In this document: positions 47,255 to 56,591 of the stretch, one piece after another
How positions within the stretch are numbered: the stretch's first letter is position 1
Layout: every line of letters begins with the position of its first letter
NCBI GenBank assembly: GCA_947478395.1
Contig: CANJVR010000003.1
Location: 320,001 to 384,000, forward strand
DNA length: 64,000 bases
Direction: 5' to 3'
Source: Opitutia bacterium
Lineage (GTDB): Bacteria > Verrucomicrobiota > Verrucomicrobiia > Opitutales > Opitutaceae
Position numbers and translations under genes: made by a program
Notes under the pieces: model-generated
What the model saw: the letters and a program-made list of their open reading frames with translations, nothing else
What the model was told of the DNA's origin: nothing
Databases searched by the model: none

Positions 47255-47465
47255 GGCTTTGGTTTGATCGTACTGTTTGGGGGACTCGGAACTGCGGCGC
47301 GTCAAACAGGGCCAATATGACCGGGAGAGAAGATCGTCGCTAACATCGTTCCACCCTAGCAGCACGGCGCGTCGCCGGAAATTGGAGGAACAGCGGTATC
47401 TCGCTAAGGGAATTGCCTAGTCTCGATAGGCCGCCGGCTGACAAGAAGCGCCTTGCCGTGCCCGC

Positions 47466-48731
47466 GTGACGCGTAACGCTACGACGGTGCCGTCGAGAGA
47501 TTTTTCCACCCCGACCAAGGAAGAATTGATTGCGCGCTTGGAGCGTTTCGCGCGTGAGCGGACCGAATCCGAACGCGAACTGCGCGCCGTGGTGAAGGAG
47601 TTGCGCGCCGTGAAAGCGGCGCTCGACGAACATGCGATCGTCGCGATCACGGACGCGGCCGGAAAAATCACGTACGTAAACGACAAGTTTTGCGCGATTT
47701 CAAAAATCTCCCGCGAGGAATTGCTGGGCCAGAATCATCGCATCATCAACTCGGGCTATCACCCTAAGGAATTTTTTCGCAGTCTCTGGGCGACCATCAG
47801 CCGCGGCGAAATTTGGCATGGTGAAATCCAGAACCGTGCGAAGGACGGGGAGATTTATTGGGTCAATACCACGATCTACCCGTTTGTCAGCGAGGACGGA
47901 AAGCCGGTCCAGTACGTCGCCATTCGCACGGACATCACGCAGCGCAAGGCGGACGAAATTGAACTGCAGCAATTCGCATCCGATCTGGCGGAAAAGAACA
48001 AGGAGCTAGAGGCGATTGTTTATACCGTGTCGCACGATCTGCGTTCGCCGCTGTTGAACGTCCAGGGCTTTGCGCGGCAGCTCGCGCAGGCGTGCGCTTC
48101 AATCCAAGGGGCGACCGCCGCGGCGCACGACGGCCTGGTTCCAGTCGCCGCGTTGAAGGCACCGCTCGAAACCACCATTCCGCAGGCGCTGCGGTTCATC
48201 AGCGCGGGCGTGCACAAAATGGAGATGCTGCTCGCCGGTTTGCTGCGCTACTCACGCTTGGGCCGGATGACGTTGAACATCGGCCCGATTCCCATGAACG
48301 AGCTGCTGGCGGAAATCGTCGCGGCGATGAGGTTCCAGATCGATCAGGCGGAGGCCGAAATCGTAGTCGATCTGCTCCCCGCCTGCCGCGGCGATCGCAC
48401 CCAAACCAATCAGGTTTTTTCCAACCTGATCGACAACGCGCTGAAGTTTCGCGATCCGGCCCGGCCGCTGCGGATCACGGTGACGGGTGGCATCGCCAGC
48501 GGGAAGGCGCTTTATCAGGTGGCGGACAACGGGATTGGCATTGCTCCCTCGCACCAGGCGAAGGTTTTCGAAATCTTTCATCGGTTGGACCCGGAGAAAA
48601 CGACCGGCGAGGGCCTCGGATTGACGATCGCCCAGCTCATCCTCGACCGGCAGCACGGCGGGATCAGGGTCGAGAGCCAGCCGGGCCAGGGTTCCAGTTT
48701 TTTCGTTTCCCTTCCGGCCGTCGAATCCTAG
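47466..48731 (+). CDS. Cytoplasmic PAS-domain histidine kinase
   Basis: PAS/PAC (ITD..G.I.YVN..F, W.GEI.NR.KDG), SHDLRSPL H-box, NL..NA.KF, DNG.G, G.GL. Confidence 0.93.
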   Translation: MTRNATTVPSRDFSTPTKEELIARLERFARERTESERELRAVVKELRAVKAALDEHAIVAITDAAGKITYVNDKFCAISKISREELLGQNHRIINSGYHPKEFFRSLWATISRGEIWHGEIQNRAKDGEIYWVNTTIYPFVSEDGKPVQYVAIRTDITQRKADEIELQQFASDLAEKNKELEAIVYTVSHDLRSPLLNVQGFARQLAQACASIQGATAAAHDGLVPVAALKAPLETTIPQALRFISAGVHKMEMLLAGLLRYSRLGRMTLNIGPIPMNELLAEIVAAMRFQIDQAEAEIVVDLLPACRGDRTQTNQVFSNLIDNALKFRDPARPLRITVTGGIASGKALYQVADNGIGIAPSHQAKVFEIFHRLDPEKTTGEGLGLTIAQLILDRQHGGIRVESQPGQGSSFFVSLPAVES

Positions 48732-48747
48732 GCGGCCGCCCCCAACT

Positions 48748-49203
48748 ATGAAAAACGCCCCGACTATTTTGATCGTCGATGACGATGAAGGTCATGCGAT
48801 CCTGATCCGACAAAATCTGGAGCTGGCTGGTTTGAGTAACCGCATGGAGCATTTCTGGAATGGGCAGGAAGTTTTAGATTTTCTTTTTCTCCGTCAGCCC
48901 GACCGCTCCCGAGAAATTGGGGAAAATTATCTAGTCCTGCTCGATATGCGCATGCCGAAGGTCGACGGCGCGGAAGTCCTGCGGCAGATCAAGGCGGATC
49001 CGGAGTTACGCAAGCTGTCGGTCATCATGTTGACGACGACGGAGGACGCCCGCGACGTGGAGCGGTGCCACGAATTGGGGTGCAGCGTGTACGTGCAAAA
49101 GCCGGTAGACTACGACCGGTTTACCGAGGCGGTCCGCCGGCTCGGGCTTTTCGTGCCGCTAATGCTGACGCCACCGTTGAACGGGCCGCCGGCGAAGTCC
49201 TAG
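48748..49203 (+). CDS. Single-domain response regulator
   Basis: VDDD, LLDMRMPK, MLTT, KP. Confidence 0.93.
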   Translation: MKNAPTILIVDDDEGHAILIRQNLELAGLSNRMEHFWNGQEVLDFLFLRQPDRSREIGENYLVLLDMRMPKVDGAEVLRQIKADPELRKLSVIMLTTTEDARDVERCHELGCSVYVQKPVDYDRFTEAVRRLGLFVPLMLTPPLNGPPAKS

Positions 49204-49205
49204 TT

Positions 49206-50255
49206 ATGGCCAGGTCCGTCACGCCGCCGCTGATTCTGATCGTCGATGACGACGAGGGTCTTCGCATTCTGATGGCGGACGCTTTTCGCCACGAAGGATG
49301 CGAGGTGGCGACAGTCGATTCGGGGGGCGCGGCCCTGGCGTGGCTGGAGACCCGGACGCCGGCTTTGATGTTGCTTGATCTGAAGATGAAGGACCTCGGT
49401 GGCCCGGCGTTAATCGAGCGGCTCAAGCAGGAAAATTCCCTGGTGCCGTTTGTCGTCGTGACCGGACAAGGCGACGAAAACGTCGCGGTCGAAATGATGA
49501 AACAGGGTGCGCTCGACTACGTGATGAAGGACACGGGGCTGCTCGACCGGTTACCGATCGTGGTTAAACGCGCACTGGATGTGCTAGAGCGGAACCGGGC
49601 GCTGGCGGAGGCCGACACCGAAAGGGGGCTGCTGCAGAAGGAGATCGTTGAGATCAGTGAACGGGAGCAGCAACGCATCGGTCAGGATTTGCACGATGGT
49701 CTCGGGCAGCAGTTGACGGCGATCGAGATGCTGTGCGCAGGTCTTAAGAGTGATGTCGGGTCGCAGCCGGCGCTTAAGAAACAAGTGGAGCTGATCGCGA
49801 AATCGATCCGCGAGGCGATCACGTTTGTCCGTCGGGTATCGCGCGGACTGGCGCCGAAGAACGATGAACCCCGTGCGCTGGAAGGCAGCCTGACCGCACT
49901 CGCCGAGCTTTCGAATTCCCTGGGATCCACGCGGTGCTATTTTGAGTGCCCCGAGCCCGTCGTCATCGACGATGGGGTGAAGGCCGGATCGCTTTACCGG
50001 ATTGCGCAGGAAGCGGTGAACAATGCGCTCAAGCACAGCGGCGCTGGGGAAATCGTGGTGAGTCTCACGCAAACGGTCGAAGCCGTGAAACTCCGCATTT
50101 CCGACAACGGCGGCGGTTTCGACCAACGGAGCGGGAGTGGCATGGGGCAGCAGGTGATGAAACACCGCGCCGCCAGCATCGGCGCGGAATTGAAGGTCGA
50201 TTCGAAGGCTGGCCACGGCGTGTCGGTTACCTGCATCCTGCCCCGAGCGCTATGA
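49206..50255 (+). CDS. Hybrid receiver + HisKA_3 (NarX/NreB-type) histidine kinase
   Basis: N-terminal REC; EQQRIGQDLHDGLGQ, YRIAQEAVNNALKH, DNG.GF. Confidence 0.92.
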   Translation: MARSVTPPLILIVDDDEGLRILMADAFRHEGCEVATVDSGGAALAWLETRTPALMLLDLKMKDLGGPALIERLKQENSLVPFVVVTGQGDENVAVEMMKQGALDYVMKDTGLLDRLPIVVKRALDVLERNRALAEADTERGLLQKEIVEISEREQQRIGQDLHDGLGQQLTAIEMLCAGLKSDVGSQPALKKQVELIAKSIREAITFVRRVSRGLAPKNDEPRALEGSLTALAELSNSLGSTRCYFECPEPVVIDDGVKAGSLYRIAQEAVNNALKHSGAGEIVVSLTQTVEAVKLRISDNGGGFDQRSGSGMGQQVMKHRAASIGAELKVDSKAGHGVSVTCILPRAL

Positions 50256-50962
50256 AACAGCCTAGAAAAAATTCGGCTGCGGCGAAAGTGGCCGTCCAGC
50301 CCCAGACGCCGGAGCGCAAAAAAATTCTGCTGGTGGACGATCATCCCTTTATGCGGGCCGGGGTGGCTCAGTTGATCGATAAACAGCCCGATCTGGTCGT
50401 ATGCGGAGAGGCCGGCGACCCGGGCGCCGCCATGGGTGTGCTCGCGAAAACGAAAGCCGACCTGGTGCTCTCCGATATCACCATGCCGGGACGCAGCGGT
50501 CTCGAGTTCATCAAAGATCTTTTGGCGCAGTATCCCAACCTGCCCATCATCGTGCTTTCGATGCATGACGAAATAATTTACGCCGAACGAGCGCTGCGCG
50601 CCGGCGCGCGTGGTTACATCATGAAGGAGGCCGGCGGAGAAAATCTCTTGGCCGCGATCCGGCAGGTTTTGGGCGGACAGGTCTATGTGAGTCTCAAAAT
50701 GTCGGCGAACATCTTGGATAGTTTCTCCGGCCGGAAATCCCGGGATTCAAACTCGCCATTTGGCAAACTCACGGACCGCGAGTTCGAGGTGTTTCAGCTC
50801 GTCGGCCAGGGGAAAAGCACGCGGGACATCGCCGCGCAATTGAATCTTAGCCCCAAAACGGTCGATGTGCACCGCGGGCATATCAAAGAAAAATTAGATT
50901 TGAAGGATTCCACCGCCCTCGTTCGGCATGCAATCCGGTGGGTGGAAACCTCGAAGGGGTGA
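50252..50962 (+). CDS. NarL/LuxR-family response regulator
   Basis: VDDHP, DITMP, LT.RE.EV, S.KTV..HR..I..KL. Confidence 0.95.
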   Translation: MKQPRKNSAAAKVAVQPQTPERKKILLVDDHPFMRAGVAQLIDKQPDLVVCGEAGDPGAAMGVLAKTKADLVLSDITMPGRSGLEFIKDLLAQYPNLPIIVLSMHDEIIYAERALRAGARGYIMKEAGGENLLAAIRQVLGGQVYVSLKMSANILDSFSGRKSRDSNSPFGKLTDREFEVFQLVGQGKSTRDIAAQLNLSPKTVDVHRGHIKEKLDLKDSTALVRHAIRWVETSKG

Positions 50963-51045
50963 CCTTAGTTGATCGCGGGCGGGATGGTGCCGGCTGGGCG
51001 TTCCGTTGCCGGCCGGCGCGCATATTCGCTTAAGCCGACGGGTCA

Positions 51046-51861
51046 TCATGATTTGGCGGCGGACGGCTTGTCGGTGGTGGCCGGCGCGCGGGTCGGGGAG
51101 GGAGCCGGTGGGGTGTGGCTAAAACTATTTTCCAGCCGCTCGATTTTTTCGCGCAACAGATGCACCTCGCGAATGAGGTGATGAATCTCGGATTCTTCCT
51201 TGAGCTGGGCTTTCTCGAGAAAAAAAGTTGCGACGTAGGCGGTGAACGTCCCGAAGAAGCTCAACCCGAAGACCACCAGAATCACGGCGACCACGCGACC
51301 GGTGGCCGTCACCGGGTAGTGGTCGCCGTAGCCGATGGTGGTAATCGTGGCGAACGCCCACCATAGCGCATCGCCTGCGGAGTGGATGTTTGATCCGGCG
51401 ACACCGTGCTCGAGCTCGAAAACTGCGATGGTTGCGAACAACACGGCGACCAGTGACATCAATCCCACCATAACAAACGTCCCCTTTGCCCGCTCGGTCG
51501 AGAAATGTTCGTAAACGGCGGCGAAGGATCGGAGGGCCCGCAGAATCCGGAGAACCCGGAACACGCGCCCCCACCGCAGCCAGCTGATTTCAGGAATGCT
51601 CGACAGCAGATCGATCCAGCCGCTGCGCAGAAACCGGCGCTTCGACGGCGCGAGCCAGAGATGGACGGCAAAATCCGCGAGGAAGACTGCGCACACGCCG
51701 TGATCGATCCGGCCGAGGAGGCGACGCGTTTCCGGGTCGACCGGCACGAGTAATTCCGCGGTGAGTGCGCCGAGCGAATAGAGCGAGAGCAAGAGCACCA
51801 GCAGCTCCAAGTAAATCACGCGGCCGTTGAGTCGGGCGGCTTCCCGGAGGCTAAGGCTCAT
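51046..51861 (-). CDS. Voltage-gated-type potassium channel
   Basis: S4-like RWGRVFRVLRILRALR and selectivity filter TTIGYGD. Confidence 0.92.
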   Translation of the reverse strand: MSLSLREAARLNGRVIYLELLVLLLSLYSLGALTAELLVPVDPETRRLLGRIDHGVCAVFLADFAVHLWLAPSKRRFLRSGWIDLLSSIPEISWLRWGRVFRVLRILRALRSFAAVYEHFSTERAKGTFVMVGLMSLVAVLFATIAVFELEHGVAGSNIHSAGDALWWAFATITTIGYGDHYPVTATGRVVAVILVVFGLSFFGTFTAYVATFFLEKAQLKEESEIHHLIREVHLLREKIERLENSFSHTPPAPSPTRAPATTDKPSAAKS

Positions 51862-51952
51862 GGAGCAAAGGTTGTGAACTGAAGGAGGAAGATTCCGGCG
51901 GCGGCGGTAAAGCTGGCCGCCGAATCGCCAAAGGCGATTCCAACCCTCCGCG

Positions 51953-51993
51953 CCGCAAGATCTGCACAGCCTTGGCCAACCCGCGCGGAGCCC
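51953..51993 (+). promoter_or_regulatory. 41-bp AraC-type direct-repeat motif, copy A (upstream of nitroreductase)
   Basis: CAA-gatct-GCACA-N8-CAA-cccgc-GCGGAGCC, 17 bp before TAGATT. Confidence 0.7.
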
Positions 51994-52079
51994 AGGCTAA
52001 TTTTTTGGACTAGATTGCTCTCCCGGACCTGGCTGGCGCGCCGTGATCGACCGATTCCCCGTCGAACAATATTACCCTC

Positions 52080-52655
52080 ATGGAGACCATAGAATCGATT
52101 TATCACCGCCGCGCGGTGCGCCACTACACGCCTGAAGCGGTGCAACCGGCGGTGCTCATGCAATTGCTCGATGCGGCGGTGCAGGCGCCGAGCCCGTTGA
52201 ATTCCCAGCCGTGGTCCTTCGCCGTTTTCTGCGGCCGAGCGCGGCTCGCCGGCTTTTCGACGCGGATCAAAGAGCATTTGCTGCTCACTCTGCCTTCGAC
52301 GTGTGATTTGCACGAACATGTCGATCGGATGAACCGGCCCGAATACGATGCGTTTCACGGCGCGCCGGCCCTGGTGCTGATTTGCGCTAAACCGCAGGGA
52401 TATTCGCGGGAGGAGTCCTGCGCGTTGGCCGCCCAGAATCTGATGCTGGCTGCGCACGCTTCGGGACTCGGCACCTGTCCGGTGGGCTTTGTGCGGTCTT
52501 GGTTTCGATTGCCGCACATCAAGGACGAGCTGGATATCCCGGGAACGCACCTTCCGATGTTTCCGTTGGTCGTCGGGCATCCGGATGGGCGACCCGCGCC
52601 GCCGAATCATAAAAGGCCTGAAATTTTGGTTTGGGCCGATGGCGCGAGTGGGTGA
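52080..52655 (+). CDS. Nitroreductase family protein
   Basis: RRAVRHY, APS..N.QPW.F, AP, QNLMLAA...GLGTC. Confidence 0.92.
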   Translation: METIESIYHRRAVRHYTPEAVQPAVLMQLLDAAVQAPSPLNSQPWSFAVFCGRARLAGFSTRIKEHLLLTLPSTCDLHEHVDRMNRPEYDAFHGAPALVLICAKPQGYSREESCALAAQNLMLAAHASGLGTCPVGFVRSWFRLPHIKDELDIPGTHLPMFPLVVGHPDGRPAPPNHKRPEILVWADGASG

Positions 52656-52665
52656 AGACGGTGGG

Positions 52666-53055
52666 TCATGTTCGCGCTCGTGGCGCGTGAGCCACCGAGA
52701 AGCGAGTCCAAGGGAGCGCACGGAGGCGTTCCGCCGGAATCGGCTGGTGACTGGCGAGGCAGATGCCGTAGGTCCCCGCCAGCAGCCGCTCCAATGCGGC
52801 GTCCACCTCGGCGAGGTGGTTCGCCTCCGATTTCACCTCGGAGATGAGATTTTCAAATTCGCTTTCGTCGGTGGCGCGGTCGCCGAAACCTGAATCGGTT
52901 TTTTCCAACGCCCCGGCTGCGGTCAGGTGGTCACGGGTTTTTCCCTGCAACTCGGCGCGCAGGCGTAGCAGCGTTTTCAAATGCCACTGCCATTTTGTCG
53001 GAATGCAGAATTTGGCCGCGGGGTTTGCGTTAGGTTTACGTGAGCGGGAGGTCAT
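52666..53055 (-). CDS. DksA/TraR family protein with degenerate zinc finger
   Basis: Coiled coil with GDRA, L.EVD.AL.R...GTYG.C, IP.ERL.A.PW. Confidence 0.85.
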   Translation of the reverse strand: MTSRSRKPNANPAAKFCIPTKWQWHLKTLLRLRAELQGKTRDHLTAAGALEKTDSGFGDRATDESEFENLISEVKSEANHLAEVDAALERLLAGTYGICLASHQPIPAERLRALPWTRFSVAHAPRART

Positions 53056-53352
53056 GGGATGATTGGGCGTGAAGGCGAGAATTCGAGTTCGACGGCTGGA
53101 CTTCGGCGGTCGCAGAAATGGGGTGGCGTTGGCCCAGTGAGCAGAACGCACCGACTTCGTTTTGGGCGATCGTGCGGATGATCACGGAGAATTCGGTCAC
53201 AGAAGGGTCGCGCTCGCCGGCATCGAGCGCCGGCAGGGCGGCCTGCGACAGCACGAGCGCCTCCCGGTGCGCGCGGATGGTTGGGCGTCGGGAGCGCGAT
53301 GTCCGCACGAATTTTTCTCGCATGAGATGACTGTGCCATTCGCGGCGCTTTC

Positions 53353-53393
53353 TGGCTCCGCACCGATTGGCGAACCATGCGCATGTTTTGGCT
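53353..53393 (-). promoter_or_regulatory. 41-bp motif, copy C (toward dksA)
   Basis: Minus strand CAA-aacat-GCGCA-N8-CAA-tcggt-GCGGAGCC, 17 bp before CACAGT. Confidence 0.65.
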
Positions 53394-53409
53394 GAGCCGA
53401 TTTTGCCCA

Positions 53410-53450
53410 CCGCAAGAAACGCACAGGCTCCGCCAAGCCACGCGGAGCCC
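53410..53450 (+). promoter_or_regulatory. 41-bp motif, copy B (upstream of DUF2934-cco operon)
   Basis: CAA-gaaac-GCACA-N8-CAA-gccac-GCGGAGCC, 18 bp before TACAGT (TGn-extended). Confidence 0.7.
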
Positions 53451-53498
53451 GCCTCCCGCCGCGTTTGCTACAGTGGTGGCCATCAACCCGCACCATTC

Positions 53499-53708
53499 AT
53501 GAAAAATAACTCCGCCGTGCTGCACGAACCCACCGAGGCCGAAATTCAACATCAGGCGTACCTCATTTGGTGTGAAGGGGGCTGCCGCGACGGCACCGCC
53601 TTGGAGGACTGGCAAGCTGCCCAAGAGTTGCTGCGGCACCGGCATGGCCGGGCCCATCCGGCGCCCAAAATACTCGCAGGCAAACGGCCCGCGCTCGGCG
53701 CTCGCTGA
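53499..53708 (+). CDS. DUF2934-family small protein
   Basis: I...AY.IW...G...G.A..DW..A pattern. Confidence 0.8.
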   Translation: MKNNSAVLHEPTEAEIQHQAYLIWCEGGCRDGTALEDWQAAQELLRHRHGRAHPAPKILAGKRPALGAR

Positions 53709-53717
53709 ACCACGGCT

Positions 53718-53975
53718 ATGGCCGTCGTACCACTCACCCTCACGATCAGTCTCTGCCTCGTCGTCACCTTCCTGGTTTTTTTCCTCTGCGAGCACGCGCG
53801 CGGGCGCCTGAGCAGTGCGGAACGCGATTCCCTGCTCCCGCTTGGCGATGAAACGCCCCACTTCGCCGCCGCGAAATCAGCCGCCGAGCCGAAGGCCAAG
53901 GCGCACGGCAGCGGCTGCGGCTGCCACGACGGCTTCCGCCCGCCGTGCCCCGGCTGCTTGAAACACCACGACTGA
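53718..53975 (+). CDS. CcoS-like cbb3 maturation protein with Cys/His-rich tail
   Basis: Single N-terminal TM helix and position directly before ccoN. Confidence 0.6.
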   Translation: MAVVPLTLTISLCLVVTFLVFFLCEHARGRLSSAERDSLLPLGDETPHFAAAKSAAEPKAKAHGSGCGCHDGFRPPCPGCLKHHD

Positions 53976-53990
53976 TTTCAATTTTTTCCC

Positions 53991-56318
53991 ATGTCCGACA
54001 AGAAAATCACCCTCGAGTTTAACGACAAAGTCGTACGCCAGTTCCTGCTCGCCTCCGTCATTTGGGGCGCCGTGGGCATGATCGTGGGCGTGCTGATCGC
54101 GTCGCAGCTCAACTTCTGGCGTCTCAATTTCAACCTGCCGTGGCTCACCTTCGGCCGGTTGCGACCCCTGCACACCAACGCGGTCATTTTCGCACTCGTG
54201 GGCAACATGATGTTTGCCGGCGTTTATTATTCCACCCAGCGGCTCGTGAAGGCGCGGCTCGCGAGTGATTTTCTCTCGGCGCTGCACTTCTGGGGCTGGC
54301 AGGCCATCATCGTCGCCGCCGCGATCACGCTCCCGCTCGGGTTCTCCCGCGGCAAGGAATACGCGGAGCTGATCTGGCCGATCGACATCGCCGTCACACT
54401 CATCTGGGTCGTGTTTGCGGTGAATTTTTTCTGGACGCTCGCGCGCCGGCGCGAGCCGAGCCTCTACGTCGCGATCTGGTTCTACATCGCGACGATCGTC
54501 ACCGTGGCGATGCTCTACATCGTCAACCATCTCTCGTTGCCGACGAGTTTGGTGCACAGCTATCCGCTTTTCGGCGGGGTGCAGGATGCGCTCGTGCAGT
54601 GGTGGTACGGGCACAACGCCGTGGCGTTCTTCCTCACCACACCGATCCTCGGCATCATGTATTACTTTCTGCCGAAGGCGGCGGAACGTCCGGTGTATTC
54701 CTACCGGCTCTCGGTGATTCATTTCTGGTCGCTCGTCTTCGTCTACATCTGGGCCGGTCCGCATCATTTGCTGAACACCGCACTGCCCGGCTGGCTGCAA
54801 AATCTCGGCATGACCTTCTCGCTCATGCTCTGGGCCCCGTCATGGGGCGGCATGCTCAACGGCCTGCTCACGCTCCGCGGCGCCTGGCACAAACTCCGCA
54901 CCGATCCGGTTCTGAAATTTTTCGCGGCCGCGGTCACATTTTACGGCATGGCGACGTTTGAGGGGCCGCTTCTCTCAATCAAGTCGGTCAACGCGCTCGC
55001 GCATTACTCCGACTGGATCATCGGCCACGTCCACGCCGGCGCCCTCGGCTGGAACGGCTTCATGGCGGCAGGCATGTTCTACTGGCTCGTGCCGCGGCTC
55101 TGGAGCAAACCGCTCCACTCGGTCGCGATGGCCAACCTGCACTTCTGGATCGGGACGGTCGGCATTCTCCTCTACGTTGCGGCGATGTGGACGAGTGGGA
55201 TCACGCAGGGCGTGATGCTCAACGCCACCACCGACGGTGGCACCGTCCTCGCTTACCCCAACTTTCTCGATACGCTTAATGCCATTCGATTCATGATGCT
55301 GATGCGCGTCGTAGGGGGCGCGCTGTATTTCACCGGTTGGTTGCTCATGGCTTTCAACCTCTGGAAAACCATCCGCCACGCCCAGCCGGTCAACGGCACG
55401 ATCGAGGTGTTCGAAGATGAGCCGGTCGCCGCCGCCGCCGAAACCGGACTCTCGGTGCTCGGCACTTTCCTCAACCCGCCCGTGCTGTTCTCGATCTTCG
55501 GCATCGCATTCGCGAGCGCGTGGATGTTTGGCAATCATCTCCTGAGCGTCGCCGGTCTCGTCGGTCTGATGCTCAGCGTCATTCTCGCTTACTCGCATTT
55601 CGAGTCGCGCGGCAAAGCCTGGGCGGGATGGTACGACCGGCTCCTCGTGAATTCGCTGCCGTTCACCTTGCTGACGTTGCTCGCGGTGGTCGCCGGCGGG
55701 CTGATCCAGATCATCCCGACGGTGCTCGTCGAGAAAGCCGTGAATCTCGAGGACCGTCGGCAGATTCCTTACACGCCGCTCGAACTCGCCGGTCGCGATC
55801 TCTATGTGCGCGAGGGCTGCTATAACTGCCATTCACAGATGATCCGTACGCTCGTCCCGGATGTCCTCCGCTACGGCGACTATTCGCGCCTCGGCGAATC
55901 GATCTACGATCATCCATTTCAATGGGGCTCGAAGCGCACCGGTCCGGATCTCGCCCGCGAAGGCGGGAAGTATCCGAACATCTGGCACCTCCGCCACCTT
56001 GAGGACCCGCGCGGCATTTCCCCCGGATCGAACATGCCGAACTATCCCTGGCTCATCGCGGCCACGCTCGATACGAGCACGCTGTCCAAGAAGATCGCCG
56101 CCCAACGCGCGATTGGCGTGCCGTATCCGAACTGGACGCCCGAGCAAATCGCCACCCGCGTCGACGAGCAAGCGAAGGCCATCGCTCAGGATCTGCGCAC
56201 CGCCGGCGCCTTTGTCGCACCGGACAAAGAGGTCATCGCGCTCATCGCCTACCTTCAAAAGTTGGGCTCCTACGAGATCGTGCGCGGCGGGCCGACAAAA
56301 GTAGCGGGTAGCGAATAG
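53991..56318 (+). CDS. ccoN: cbb3-type cytochrome c oxidase fused subunits I/II (CcoN-CcoO)
   Basis: FGRLRPLHTN, QWWYGHNAV, WAGPHHL, GHVH; then EGCYNCHSQMIR and WGSKRTGPDL. Confidence 0.97.
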   Translation: MSDKKITLEFNDKVVRQFLLASVIWGAVGMIVGVLIASQLNFWRLNFNLPWLTFGRLRPLHTNAVIFALVGNMMFAGVYYSTQRLVKARLASDFLSALHFWGWQAIIVAAAITLPLGFSRGKEYAELIWPIDIAVTLIWVVFAVNFFWTLARRREPSLYVAIWFYIATIVTVAMLYIVNHLSLPTSLVHSYPLFGGVQDALVQWWYGHNAVAFFLTTPILGIMYYFLPKAAERPVYSYRLSVIHFWSLVFVYIWAGPHHLLNTALPGWLQNLGMTFSLMLWAPSWGGMLNGLLTLRGAWHKLRTDPVLKFFAAAVTFYGMATFEGPLLSIKSVNALAHYSDWIIGHVHAGALGWNGFMAAGMFYWLVPRLWSKPLHSVAMANLHFWIGTVGILLYVAAMWTSGITQGVMLNATTDGGTVLAYPNFLDTLNAIRFMMLMRVVGGALYFTGWLLMAFNLWKTIRHAQPVNGTIEVFEDEPVAAAAETGLSVLGTFLNPPVLFSIFGIAFASAWMFGNHLLSVAGLVGLMLSVILAYSHFESRGKAWAGWYDRLLVNSLPFTLLTLLAVVAGGLIQIIPTVLVEKAVNLEDRRQIPYTPLELAGRDLYVREGCYNCHSQMIRTLVPDVLRYGDYSRLGESIYDHPFQWGSKRTGPDLAREGGKYPNIWHLRHLEDPRGISPGSNMPNYPWLIAATLDTSTLSKKIAAQRAIGVPYPNWTPEQIATRVDEQAKAIAQDLRTAGAFVAPDKEVIALIAYLQKLGSYEIVRGGPTKVAGSE

Positions 56319-56393
56319 GTCGAACCACGAAGGACCGACTCCCGCGCCCCGCTTTTCCTCCGCCTTCTCCACCCATTCCTTCTTTTCCCTCCC

Positions 56394-56591
56394 GTGTTCA
56401 AACGACTCGTCTTTGAAGAATCCGCTGCGCTGTTCACCATCACCGCTTTTGTCACCGCGGTCTCGATCTACGTCGCCGTCACTTGGCGCGCCGTGCGGAT
56501 GAAGCGTCCGCAACTTGAGCGCTTTGAGAACCTGCCTTTCGCCATCGCCACGCCCGCCGCCGTCCATGACACCGACCAACTTTCCGCCTGA
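56394..56591 (+). CDS. CcoQ-like small subunit
   Basis: One TM helix plus 'ENLPF'; lies between ccoNO and ccoP. Confidence 0.6.
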   Translation: MFKRLVFEESAALFTITAFVTAVSIYVAVTWRAVRMKRPQLERFENLPFAIATPAAVHDTDQLSA

